52,934 nt of DNA from Pontiellaceae bacterium (GCA_029939835.1 JAOZSE010000001.1:1-52934); one strand, 5' to 3'. Shown: positions 39,015 to 48,323, counted from the first letter of the stretch. The notes: generated by a model not told the origin, from the letters alone. Numbers and translations: made by a program.

Positions 39015-40564
39015 GTTTCTTTGCGCCTCTGTGCAGATGTATAAAAATGATGGGCCAGAAGAAAAATGAGGGATAGCACGAGGCAAGCCTGCGCAAAGAG
39101 ATCGCCGAAACGGACGTAGAACGTGGCGGGGCGTGCGGTGTCCGCCGGCACCAGCTCCGTGATCTGGAATCCTTCCGTGCGCGGCGCAAGCGTCCGGGCG
39201 ATCCGGCCCTGCGCGTCAATGGCGCAGGTAGCGCCGGTATTGGTGCAGCGGAACATGGGCCGGCGGGTTTCGATGCAGCGGAAGACGGCGTTGGCGAGGT
39301 GCTGCTGCGAGCCGCAATCGGGATCGAACCACGAATCGTTGGTCAGATTGACCAGCCACGCCGCGCCGGCGTGCGCCGCGCGGCGCGCGAGATACGGCAG
39401 CGTGTCTTCAAAGCAGATCAGCACAGAAAAGCCGCGCGGGTCGCCGGGCAGATAAAACATGGTCGCCTCTTTTCCCGCCCGGAAACTGGTGCTGATGGGT
39501 GTGAGCGCGTTGACGAGCGGAATTTTTTCTTCGAAGGGAATGTATTCCCCGAAGAGCACGAGATGCTGCTTGTAATAGCTGCGGAGCAGTTCGCCGCGCG
39601 TGTTGAAAAGCATGCCGGCGTTGTAATAGTCGGGGCGGTCGTTTTCGCGCCAGACAATGTCCATGCTTCCGACCAGCAGCGGTGTGCCGGCGGCGGCCAG
39701 CCTCTTGACGAGATCCGCACTGCGCTCGCTGTAACGGACGAAGTCGGGCAGTGCCGTTTCGGGCCAGAGGATGAGGTCGAGATCGGGGGCGCGCTGCGCG
39801 AGCGCGGTAAGTGTTTCGAGCCGATCATAGATGAGTTCGGGGTCGGCCAGCGCCCAGTTCCCTACCTCCGGAATATTGGGCTGGATGAGTGCCGCATGAA
39901 CCGGCGCCCCTTCCGCAGGCGGCCTCAGCAGGGTGCGGAATCCAAACGACCAGGCCAGCGACACCAGCAGCAGAGCGCTCACCAGTTCCACATGCACGCG
40001 ATAGCCCCGACTGCGCAGCCCGGACGCGTATTGCAAAATCGTTGAGGCCGTCGCCGCGTTCACGAACACCATCAGAAAAGAAATCGCATAGACCCCGCCC
40101 CATTCCGACATCTGGATGAGCGGAAGTTGCGTGTACTGGCTGACTCCGAGCAGATTCCACGGGAACCCGGTGATGAAAATGGCGCGCAGATATTCGCAGG
40201 CGGTCCAGACCGCCGCCGAACCGAATATCCAACCGAGGGTTTTAAAACGGGCCATACTGCGCCACGCGCAGCGGCGCAGCGAAACAAAAACGGCGAATGG
40301 AATAAAATAGAGCGCGCAGTAAAGCGCGAGCACAAGCCAGCCGAGAATGGTGACGTGGCGGAGCCAGTGAAGCGTGCTCACAAAAAAAACCGCCCCGGCC
40401 AGTCCGCCAAAAAATACCGCGCGGCGCGGCGCGGCCCCCGCACAGACTAGAAACAACGGAACGAGCGCACCCCAGCCGAGAAAGGAAATTTCAAACGGCG
40501 GAAAGCTCAGGAACAGCAGAATTCCTGAAAACACGGCGGCAGCGATGGGGACTGTTTTTTTCAT
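38993..40564 (-). CDS. lnt: Apolipoprotein N-acyltransferase
   Basis: GFPWNLLG, QPNI, WPET, K.HLV.FGEYIP, ICFED, TNDSWF; start ATG 40564. Confidence 0.96.
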   Translation of the reverse strand: MKKTVPIAAAVFSGILLFLSFPPFEISFLGWGALVPLFLVCAGAAPRRAVFFGGLAGAVFFVSTLHWLRHVTILGWLVLALYCALYFIPFAVFVSLRRCAWRSMARFKTLGWIFGSAAVWTACEYLRAIFITGFPWNLLGVSQYTQLPLIQMSEWGGVYAISFLMVFVNAATASTILQYASGLRSRGYRVHVELVSALLLVSLAWSFGFRTLLRPPAEGAPVHAALIQPNIPEVGNWALADPELIYDRLETLTALAQRAPDLDLILWPETALPDFVRYSERSADLVKRLAAAGTPLLVGSMDIVWRENDRPDYYNAGMLFNTRGELLRSYYKQHLVLFGEYIPFEEKIPLVNALTPISTSFRAGKEATMFYLPGDPRGFSVLICFEDTLPYLARRAAHAGAAWLVNLTNDSWFDPDCGSQQHLANAVFRCIETRRPMFRCTNTGATCAIDAQGRIARTLAPRTEGFQITELVPADTARPATFYVRFGDLFAQACLVLSLIFLLAHHFYTSAQRRKETKRFPVG

Positions 40565-40844
40565 TATAATCAGACCTTCTATAAAACTTTCGGGTTTGGC
40601 GGTCATGTTATTAGTTATTGGTTATTCGGGACAGATCATTTTCAACTACGACCCCAAAACCAAAGGGCCAGAACGCTTTTCTCATCATTTTCATCCTGCG
40701 CCTCTAGCCCCTGCGGCTTTATCCTTTTCAAACGGACAGCGGCGGAGCGGGCACAGGCATCGAGGGTTTCGACGCGGCCAAACTGTATAAACTCCCCAAG
40801 GCTATCTTCTTTCCATCGGGTCGGTTTTACGGCATATCAACGAT

Positions 40845-41018
40845 ATGAAAACACTGGTACAGCAGAATCCTTATCTGCGAAATCCAGCGCGGCGACATGC
40901 CATGCTGGCCGGCAACGTCCGCGAATCCTCCATTTTTGAGGGTGCGCGATGTTTTCATGCCTCCAGCTCCCGCATGCGGGCCTCTACACATTCACGGAAA
41001 AAACCGGTCAAGGGCTGA
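40845..41018 (+). CDS. Small protein with a Fic-antitoxin-like SxxxEG motif (absent from the ORF track)
   Basis: 57 aa MKTLVQQNPYLRNPARRHAMLAGNVRESSIFEGARC...; SSIFEG fits (S/T)xxxE(G/N). Confidence 0.5.
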   Translation: MKTLVQQNPYLRNPARRHAMLAGNVRESSIFEGARCFHASSSRMRASTHSRKKPVKG

Positions 41019-41042
41019 CCCTTTCTCCGACGCGCCGAAATC

Positions 41043-41378
41043 CTACCCAAGCAACCGCTCTGCATCTTCGATCAGACCATCCAGATCGTTTTCGATAATC
41101 CCCCACACAACCAAATCGTCCACACCGTCATACCCGTGCGCCAGAATGTTGCGGAATGAGATGATGCTGCGATAGTCGCGTATTCGTTCCAGCAGTTTTT
41201 CATCCGCGTTCCGAAGCCGGTTCAACGCCTCGCCGATGAGTTCAAATTTCCGCTCCACCGCCGCCTGCGTCTTGCGGTCTTCCAGATACAGCTCAATCGT
41301 CATCCCGACAGTGAACTCACGGATTTCACGGGCCTGCTCTACAATATCCTGAAGGCTTTCTCTGACCCGTTCATCCAT
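41043..41378 (-). CDS. HepT/DUF86 HEPN ribonuclease toxin
   Basis: AVERKFELIGEA, RNILAHGY (Rx4HxY). Confidence 0.92.
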   Translation of the reverse strand: MDERVRESLQDIVEQAREIREFTVGMTIELYLEDRKTQAAVERKFELIGEALNRLRNADEKLLERIRDYRSIISFRNILAHGYDGVDDLVVWGIIENDLDGLIEDAERLLG

Positions 41379-41667
41379 AGACGCAGACTCCGTCCCGCTG
41401 GAGGCTTTTTTTGAGTGATGCCTTATGAATTGACGGTTCCGTCAGCAGATCAACTGCTGTCTGGAAGGTGTCTTCAAGATCATGAAGCAATCCGAAAAAC
41501 TGGTGGGAATACTCGGCGGGCGAAAGAGGTTCAAATGAAACACAGAAATCCAGGTCGCTGCCGGCCCCGGCCTCACCGCGGGCGCATGAGCCGAACAGCT
41601 GCAATCTGCGAACCCGGTGATGGGTACAAATCGGCGCAGCTTTTTCCCTGATTTCATCCAGTGTCAT
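41371..41667 (-). CDS. MntA-type minimal nucleotidyltransferase antitoxin
   Basis: LFGSCARGE...SDLDF, VDL; overlaps the HepT start. Confidence 0.92.
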   Translation of the reverse strand: MTLDEIREKAAPICTHHRVRRLQLFGSCARGEAGAGSDLDFCVSFEPLSPAEYSHQFFGLLHDLEDTFQTAVDLLTEPSIHKASLKKSLQRDGVCVYG

Positions 41668-41770
41668 GCGCAAAATCTACGATGCTTTTCCGGCAAAAGC
41701 AATGCCGGAAAGGCTTCCCCCTCCGCTAGAGCATGTAACGATTGAGATGCCGCACGGCCCTTTTGACGGA

Positions 41771-41830
41771 TTGGCTCACAGAGCCAACGTTACAATAATG
41801 TGCTGCTGTAGAGTCGGCTCTATGAGCCGA
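41771..41830. repeat. GTAG REP doublet (family C)
   Basis: TTGGCTCACAGAGCCAACGTTAC ... GTAGAGTCGGCTCTATGAGCCGA. Confidence 0.8.
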
Positions 41831-41882
41831 AAAACATACGTCGTTTCAATCGTTAAATACTCTAAGACTACGGAGGACAGGT

Positions 41883-41913
41883 CGGCGGCAGCGATGGGGA
41901 CTGTTTTTTTCAC
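41883..41913 (-). repeat. Duplicated 5' end of lnt
   Basis: 41883-41912 is identical (30/30) to 40534-40563; GTG instead of ATG; encodes (M)KKTVPIAAA. Confidence 0.92.
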
Positions 41914-41930
41914 GAAAGAGATCTGTTTGT

Positions 41931-42590
41931 TCACAAATCAAGCAGCAGGACGGCAGGCGCGGCGGGCCAGCCGTGTTTTTGCGCCTGCCGGGCGAGTACG
42001 TCGCGCAGGTGGTCAAGAAGCTGATTGGCGGTCTGTGCTCCGCGCGGACGGAGAAAACCGGCCAGCCGCCCGATTCCTTTTACGCAAAGCGTTCCCGGCA
42101 CACCGGATCGTTTCCAGACATTCGAAATTTTTTCCGTCAGCGTCCGAACGGTCTGGAACAGAATCAGCTCGTGGCGATCGGCATCGCTTAGGTGAATGCG
42201 GTCGAAATCGAGCGCCCAGGCCGCTCCGGCAGAGGCAAGATGAAGCGGACGCAGGGCGCACGCCGAGAAAAGCGGATAGAGTTCGGGAAACGGATAATCG
42301 GCAGAGAGTGCTTCAAGCCAGGATCCGGCGTGGGCGCTGTGTGTGCGGTCATGGCACAGGATCCGGCCCGCTGCTTCATGGTCACCGGCCGCACAGAAGG
42401 AACGCGCGGCGAGCAGCGAAAGCGCGCGCGTGTTTAAGGAAGTATGCTCCTGACAAAACACCGCGAGACTTTCGGAAATTTCAGCGGCGGAGGCGCGGGT
42501 ATCAAGATCCAGGGTTTGGAAAAGACGCTGAACGGTTCCCGACCAGAGTTGCCGGGCGGCCTGTTGATGTTCCTGATGCGTATCAATCAT
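41931..42590 (-). CDS. Hypothetical protein translationally coupled to nrdR
   Basis: ATGA overlap with the nrdR stop; 219 aa; no family recognised. Confidence 0.65.
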   Translation of the reverse strand: MIDTHQEHQQAARQLWSGTVQRLFQTLDLDTRASAAEISESLAVFCQEHTSLNTRALSLLAARSFCAAGDHEAAGRILCHDRTHSAHAGSWLEALSADYPFPELYPLFSACALRPLHLASAGAAWALDFDRIHLSDADRHELILFQTVRTLTEKISNVWKRSGVPGTLCVKGIGRLAGFLRPRGAQTANQLLDHLRDVLARQAQKHGWPAAPAVLLLDL

Positions 42591-43042
42591 TCGCGTCCGA
42601 TAAGCCGTTCCGCTTCGTTCATGAACTGGTTGACATCCTTGAAGCGCCGGTAAACCGAGGCAAAGCGTACGTAGGCGACTTCGTCGAGTTTTTCAAGCAG
42701 CGCCATCACCTTGGTGCCGATGGCGGTGGAGGGCACTTCGCGTTCGTATTCGGTTTCGACCTGCGCGATCACCGCGTTGGTCATCTGTTCGATCTGCTGG
42801 ACACTGATAGGCCGCTTCTGACAGGCAATGGAGAGGCTCTGAATCAGTTTTTCGCGGCTGAGTTCTTCGCGACGGCCATCACGCTTGATGATCTGCAACG
42901 TGGCGCGAAGCACTTCTTCGTAGGTGGTAAAGCGGTGTCCGCAGTTCAGGCAGAGCCGGCGGCGGCGGATCGATGCGCCCTCGCGCACCTCGCGGCTGTC
43001 GATGACCTTGTTTTCCCGGTGTTCACACTTCGGACATTTCAT
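42587..43042 (-). CDS. nrdR: Transcriptional repressor NrdR
   Basis: MKCPKC, VIDSR, IRRRRLC..C..RFTTYE, ATP cone, VAYVRFASVY. Confidence 0.98.
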   Translation of the reverse strand: MKCPKCEHRENKVIDSREVREGASIRRRRLCLNCGHRFTTYEEVLRATLQIIKRDGRREELSREKLIQSLSIACQKRPISVQQIEQMTNAVIAQVETEYEREVPSTAIGTKVMALLEKLDEVAYVRFASVYRRFKDVNQFMNEAERLIGRE

Positions 43043-43117
43043 GCGCGTCCTCTGCTGTTTTAAAGTGGCCGGAGCATAGCCCGCCCCCTTTTTAAAGGAA
43101 AGAAAAACTGCGGATAT

Positions 43118-43147
43118 AAAAAAACAGCCCCGGTTGCCGGGGCTGTT
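43118..43147 (-). terminator. Intrinsic terminator after the histone-like gene
   Basis: AACAGCCCCGG-CAA-CCGGGGCTGTT followed by a T run on the minus strand. Confidence 0.85.
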
Positions 43148-43169
43148 CAGAAAACATCAGCCGAAGCTG

Positions 43170-43487
43170 TTATTTTTTCTTTTTAGCCGCTTTCTTCTTC
43201 GCCTTCTTAGCGGGTTTCTTCTTGGCGACTTTCTTTTTCGCTACTTTTTTCTTAGCCGCTTTTTTCTTGGCGGGCTTTTTCTTCGCGACTTTCTTCTTAG
43301 CGGGTTTCTTTTTCGCTACTTTTTTCTTAGCCGCTTTTTTCTTAGCGGGTTTCTTTTTCGCGACTTTCTTTTTCGCTACTTTTTTCTTGGCGACTTTCTT
43401 CTTGGCGACTTTCTTCTTCGCTACTTTTTTCTTAGCGGGTTTCTTTTTCGCCGCTTTTTTCTTCGCTGCTTTTTTCTTCGCTGCCAT
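43170..43487 (-). CDS. Histone H1-like basic protein (KKK[V/P/A]A pentapeptide repeats)
   Basis: About 20 pentapeptides with varied synonymous codons; SD AAGGAG; own promoter and terminator. Confidence 0.9.
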   Translation of the reverse strand: MAAKKKAAKKKAAKKKPAKKKVAKKKVAKKKVAKKKVAKKKVAKKKPAKKKAAKKKVAKKKPAKKKVAKKKPAKKKAAKKKVAKKKVAKKKPAKKAKKKAAKKKK

Positions 43488-43551
43488 GTCAGTCTCCTTT
43501 AACCAGGTTAACCTCACTGCAAGCTGATCAGCTTGTTACTGTACGACCGAA

Positions 43552-43580
43552 GGTATAGCGATAAAAAATTTTTCTTGCAA
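43552..43580 (-). promoter_or_regulatory. Sigma70-like promoter for the histone-like gene
   Basis: TTGCAA-17 bp-TATACC. Confidence 0.55.
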
Positions 43581-43609
43581 CAACGATTCGTACAAAGTGC
43601 GTAAAATTT

Positions 43610-44221
43610 TTACGCACGATTTTTGTGTTCGCGCAAAACAATTGCGATGAGTTCGCTGCCGGCTTTTTCCAACTCGTCGTTGATGACGGTGTGCTGATAA
43701 CACGACTGCTGTTTCATTTCTTCCGCAGCATTGCGCAACCGCTGCTCAATCACATCCTCTGCATCCGTGGAGCGTCCGCACAAACGACGGCGCAACTCTT
43801 CCATGGACGGCGGTGCGATAAAAATATCAACGAATCCTTTTTTGATTGGATCTTCATCGGGTAATGCCGCGCAAGCTGCGCGGATTTGCGCCGCGCCCTG
43901 CACATCAATATCCATAATGATGTCGCGCCCCTCGGCCAGCGCATCATACACGGTTTGTTTAAGCGTACCATATTGATAGCCATGCACTTGCGCATGCTCC
44001 AGAAATTCATTATTCGCCAGGCACTGAGCGAATTCGGCCTCGGAAAGAAAGTGGTAAGCCGCCCCGTTTTTTTCTTCCCCGCGCGGCGCACGCGTGGTGC
44101 ACGAAACCGAATACGTGATGTTGGGATCGCACTCCATCACCCAGTTACAGAGCGTGGATTTTCCCGCACCCGAAGGGGCGGAAACCACAATCAGCAATGC
44201 GTTTTTATTTTCCGTTTTCAT
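43610..44221 (-). CDS. gmk: Guanylate kinase
   Basis: SAPSGAGKST, SVSCTTR.PR..E, YGT, DIDVQGA, FIAPPS. Confidence 0.97.
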   Translation of the reverse strand: MKTENKNALLIVVSAPSGAGKSTLCNWVMECDPNITYSVSCTTRAPRGEEKNGAAYHFLSEAEFAQCLANNEFLEHAQVHGYQYGTLKQTVYDALAEGRDIIMDIDVQGAAQIRAACAALPDEDPIKKGFVDIFIAPPSMEELRRRLCGRSTDAEDVIEQRLRNAAEEMKQQSCYQHTVINDELEKAGSELIAIVLREHKNRA

Positions 44222-44357
44222 AAGGGAAATCTTTCACACAGAGGAAACGAAGGGAAGAAAGGATAGAGGATTTTACAACATCGTTTTCCATCTGCCGTCG
44301 CTCTTCGAGCGGTGAGGCGGAAGGAGCGTTGGAAATGTTTTCTTCCACGCTCCTATG

Positions 44358-47282
44358 CTACTCCGCATCCAGCACTTCACGGATTTTCCGCAGCAGCTCT
44401 TCAATCGTATAGGGCTTGGCCAGCAAAAAAGCCCCCTTTTCTTTTATGAACTCGGTGTGTCCCGCATTCGGACTGTAAGCACTGACAAACAAATGGCGCA
44501 GTCCGGGGTGCTGCTCGAGAATTTGATCCATCATTTCTTTGGCCCCCAGATGCGGCATCACGACATCCGTCATGATCAGGTCAATTTCGTCGGTATGCTT
44601 CTCGAAAACCCGCAGTCCATCTTTTCCGTCCTTCGCGGTTAAAACGGTATATCCCGCATGGCTCAGGATATGCGTCGCCAGGCCCAGAAGGGTTTCGTCA
44701 TCCTCGACCACAAGGACGGTTTCCGAGCCCCCGCCGGCGAGATCAGGAATCAGGTTTTCTGCTTTTACCGAAGAAGGCTCGCTGACGGGCAGATAGATCT
44801 TAAAGGTCGTTCCCTTGCCCGGCTTGCTGCACACATCAATATACCCATTGTTCTGTTTAACAATGCCGTACACCGTGGAAAGCCCCAGCCCCGTTCCTTT
44901 GCCCCTTTCCTTCGTGGTAAAAAACGGTTCAAAGATCCGATCACAGGTCTTTTTATCCATCCCGCAACCGGTATCGTGGATCTTGAGCAAAACGCAGCGG
45001 CCCGGCCAGTCCCATGCCTGGGGCTTACCGTTTTTCGGGGCTGCCAAAGCGTTCTTCGTCTCTATCGTCAGTGTTCCGCCATTGGGCATGGCATCGCGTG
45101 CATTGACGCAGAGGTTCATCAGCATCTGCTGCATCTGGCCCCTGTCCGTAAAAATCGTTCCCGTCTCGCTTCCAGCAATAAATTTAAACTGTATGTGCTC
45201 TCCGATCAGTCGCCGGAGCATCTTTTGCGATTTTTCGACCACCTCATTCGGATTGAGATAAACCGGATCAATCACCTGCTGACGGCTGAAAGCGAGCAGC
45301 TGCCGGACGAGGTCGGTGGCCTGTTTACCTGCCTTGGCAACCTCCTTGAGGCTGGCGGCGGAGGGATGTTTCGGCTTCAGATCCTGCTGTGCAATATCGG
45401 TAAACCCGGTGATGACCTGCAACAGGTTGTTGAAGTCGTGCGCAACGCCGCCGACCAGCTGGCCAAGGGAATCCATCTTCTGCGACTGGCGGAACTGCTT
45501 CTCCAGTTCAAGCTCATTCGTGATGTCTCGCCTGACCGCTACATAGCTGACCGGCCGACCCTCGTCATCGTGCACCGGCGAGATAACCGCTTCTTCAGTA
45601 TAGAGCGATCCGTCCTTTTTCCGGTTGACGAACCGGCCTCTCCACGTCTCGCCGCTCAGGAGTGTGTCCCACATCTTCTTGTAGAAAGCGTCGTCATGCT
45701 CTCCGCTCTTGAGGATGCGCGGAGTCTGTCCCACGGCTTCGTCGCGCGTGTATCCCGTGATCCGCTCGAACGCCGGGTTGACATACTGGATCGTTTCTCC
45801 GGCATCAGTGATCACGATGCTCTCCGCCGCCTGTTCAATGGCTTGCATCAGCAGCAGCCGTTCCTCTTCCGCACGCCGGTGTTCCGTAATATCCCGAGTG
45901 ATGCCAAACGTTCCGATAATCCGGCCATCTTCGTCATACAAAGGCATTTTCGTCGTCGAGTCCCATTTCTCAGATCCGTCGTGTTGAGTTCGCCGCATCT
46001 CCTTTGCGATGAGCGCCTGGCCAGTCCGGAGGATCTCCGCTTCGTCCGCCTGGTTTTGTTTCGCATTTTTTTCAGGATGAAAATCGAAATCCGTCTTCCC
46101 GACGAGTTCCGCCGGACTGTCCACGCCGAACAGGTCCGACAGCGCCCGGTTTGCACGAAGGAACCGCCCCTCGGCATCCTTGAAATAGATGCGGTCAGGA
46201 ATGTTATCCATCAGCGCATTTATCAGTAGCCGCTCCCGGGCCGCCTCTTCCTCGGTCCGCTTGCGCTCGGTGATGTCACGCGCAAACCCGCCGATCTTGC
46301 TCGACCCGAAATCTTCCCCTTTCTCAAGAATAAAGGCCTGGACTTCGATGGGGAAAACCGTGCCGTCCTTGCGAATATACTCCTTCTCATACAACTCGGT
46401 GTAGCCCCGCTCAAACAACAACGTACCTTGCATCTTACGTTCCTGCGCGATCCATTTTTCAGGAGTAATGTCCCAAAAACTCTTGGTCTTCAGCTCAGAG
46501 GCTGAATAGCCGAGCATTTCCAGCATGCGCGGGTTGGCATCAAGGATCGTGCCGTTGCCCAAAACGATGACATAACCATCACGACCTGTGTTAAACAGAT
46601 CGTGATAACGCCCCTCGCTTTTCTGCAACGCCTTAAGATGGGCCCGCTTTTTCTTCTCATAAGCATGGAGAAGGCTTCCAACCACTCCGCCCAGCCCCAG
46701 GCAAAGGACGATCAACAGGCCCTGTACGGCTTTGAACTGTCGCAGCTCTTTAGCCATCGCCGCCTGTAACGCGATCTTCACCGCGTCGGCCTGATGCATA
46801 ATCGCTTCAAATACAACTTCATGCCGCCGAGCTGCTTCCGACCCGACGCCGGACTGCAGCGCGGTCGTGTACCATTCCTCGACATGCTCCCTGAAGTCAG
46901 CGATCTTTGCCCGCACCTCCTCCATCTCGCGACAAAGTTCGGGTTCATGGAGCGGGGCAAAAACGCCTTCGGCATTCTCTCCGCCTTCGAGCATAGCGGT
47001 TGCATACCACTGCGCTTCATCAAGGTGCGCCCAGACTTCTGTGATAGCTTCCTGAGAATCTCTGCCGGAGGCCGCCGCGAGGCTCCGGTGCGCCAGAGCC
47101 AACTCCAGCTTGACTCCCATCGCGGCATCCACCAGCGGCGCATGACGCTCTGCGAGGCGGACTCCCATCCGCGCCGAGAAAACCAGCATTCCCGCAACAA
47201 GGAGCGTTAACACGACAACCCGAAAGGCCGGGTGGAAGCGTTTTGAAAACAGTCTTTTATTTAAGTCGGCGGCTTTCGTCAT
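44358..47282 (-). CDS. Hybrid sensor histidine kinase (2 TM, 3 PAS, HisKA, HATPase, REC)
   Basis: GGVAHDFNN, NLCVNARDAM, FEPFFTTK..GKGTGLGL, C-terminal receiver; start uncertain (47282 or 47318). Confidence 0.93.
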   Translation of the reverse strand: MTKAADLNKRLFSKRFHPAFRVVVLTLLVAGMLVFSARMGVRLAERHAPLVDAAMGVKLELALAHRSLAAASGRDSQEAITEVWAHLDEAQWYATAMLEGGENAEGVFAPLHEPELCREMEEVRAKIADFREHVEEWYTTALQSGVGSEAARRHEVVFEAIMHQADAVKIALQAAMAKELRQFKAVQGLLIVLCLGLGGVVGSLLHAYEKKKRAHLKALQKSEGRYHDLFNTGRDGYVIVLGNGTILDANPRMLEMLGYSASELKTKSFWDITPEKWIAQERKMQGTLLFERGYTELYEKEYIRKDGTVFPIEVQAFILEKGEDFGSSKIGGFARDITERKRTEEEAARERLLINALMDNIPDRIYFKDAEGRFLRANRALSDLFGVDSPAELVGKTDFDFHPEKNAKQNQADEAEILRTGQALIAKEMRRTQHDGSEKWDSTTKMPLYDEDGRIIGTFGITRDITEHRRAEEERLLLMQAIEQAAESIVITDAGETIQYVNPAFERITGYTRDEAVGQTPRILKSGEHDDAFYKKMWDTLLSGETWRGRFVNRKKDGSLYTEEAVISPVHDDEGRPVSYVAVRRDITNELELEKQFRQSQKMDSLGQLVGGVAHDFNNLLQVITGFTDIAQQDLKPKHPSAASLKEVAKAGKQATDLVRQLLAFSRQQVIDPVYLNPNEVVEKSQKMLRRLIGEHIQFKFIAGSETGTIFTDRGQMQQMLMNLCVNARDAMPNGGTLTIETKNALAAPKNGKPQAWDWPGRCVLLKIHDTGCGMDKKTCDRIFEPFFTTKERGKGTGLGLSTVYGIVKQNNGYIDVCSKPGKGTTFKIYLPVSEPSSVKAENLIPDLAGGGSETVLVVEDDETLLGLATHILSHAGYTVLTAKDGKDGLRVFEKHTDEIDLIMTDVVMPHLGAKEMMDQILEQHPGLRHLFVSAYSPNAGHTEFIKEKGAFLLAKPYTIEELLRKIREVLDAE

Positions 47283-47402
47283 ACAAAATCCTTTCGGCAT
47301 TTTTGCGGAAAAGACCACACCATAAGTGAACTTTCTGTTCGGAACGGCAAAGAAGGCCTCCGGCCCTTGGAATTTTGATCGCCGAATTTCTGAACGCTTC
47401 GC

Positions 47403-48281
47403 TCATTCGACATTCTGCACCTGCTCCCGAATGCGTTCGAGTTCGGTTTTAAACCGCACAACCTGCTGGGTGATTTTCAAATCGTTCGCCTTGGAACCAA
47501 TGGTATTGGTTTCGCGAAAGAGCTCCTGTGCCAGAAAGTCGAGTGCCCGCCCGGCGGGTTCGCCGCCTCGCATGATTTTACGGAACTGCTGCAGGTGACT
47601 TGCCAGACGGGTGACCTCTTCAGAGATGTCGCTGCGCTCAGCGAAAAGTGCGATCTCTTTTATAAGTCGTTCGTCGGATGCGACATTTTTAAGGTTGGCG
47701 GTTTTCAATGTTTGGTGCAGCTTCTTCCGCCGATTGGAAACAACCTGCGGCGCGCGCGTTTTAATGGAAGCCAGAACCGTTTCGAGTTTTTGAATCCGCG
47801 CCAGCAGATCCGTTTCGAGCGCGCGGCCTTCGCGCGTGCGCATGGTGTTAAGTTTTTTGAGGGCGGCAAGCAGTGCTTTTTCCAGCGCCTGGAAAAGCGC
47901 CTCCGGTTTCTGTTCCGCCGTCTGCATCCGAAGCAGCCCGGGAATCTGCAAAAGCATGCTCGCGCTCAAATCGTCCTTAAGGTTCAGTTTTTTCGCGGCG
48001 CGGCGCAGCCGGTCGATATATTCGGCGGCGCACTTTTGGTTAATCTGCGGCGCGCTTTCCCCGTTCACCGGATCCAGATGCACCGTTCCGCTGATCCGTC
48101 CGCGCGAAATGCCGCCCTGAATCAATTTCTGCGCATGCGCTTCCAGCATTGCGAGCGGCGGCGGCAGGCGCAGGATAATATCGAGCTGTTTACGGTTTAC
48201 GCTGTTAAGCTCCAGTGTCACCCGCGCGCCCTCGGCGCGCGCGGAGGCCGATCCAAACCCTGTCATGCTCTTAAGTGCCAT
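47403..48281 (-). CDS. yicC: YicC/YloC endoribonuclease family
   Basis: KSMTGFG, SVN, DISEE..RL.SH, GRALDFL.QE..RE.NTIGSK, IREQVQNVE; SD GGAGG before ATG 48281. Confidence 0.94.
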   Translation of the reverse strand: MALKSMTGFGSASARAEGARVTLELNSVNRKQLDIILRLPPPLAMLEAHAQKLIQGGISRGRISGTVHLDPVNGESAPQINQKCAAEYIDRLRRAAKKLNLKDDLSASMLLQIPGLLRMQTAEQKPEALFQALEKALLAALKKLNTMRTREGRALETDLLARIQKLETVLASIKTRAPQVVSNRRKKLHQTLKTANLKNVASDERLIKEIALFAERSDISEEVTRLASHLQQFRKIMRGGEPAGRALDFLAQELFRETNTIGSKANDLKITQQVVRFKTELERIREQVQNVE

Positions 48282-48323
48282 ATTGTACCTCCAGCGGAAG
48301 ATTGGAATGCTGGACTCTGATTT

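Noticed and set aside
41666-43063. 465-aa ORF on + (likewise 27955-29610, 44658-46229, 7557-8618, 18802-19836)
   Set aside because: Antisense to well-supported genes; long shadow ORFs are expected in GC-rich DNA and show no motifs
43134-43527. Phe-rich membrane-like ORFs on +
   Set aside because: Antisense shadows of the Lys-rich repeat gene, which has the SD, promoter and terminator
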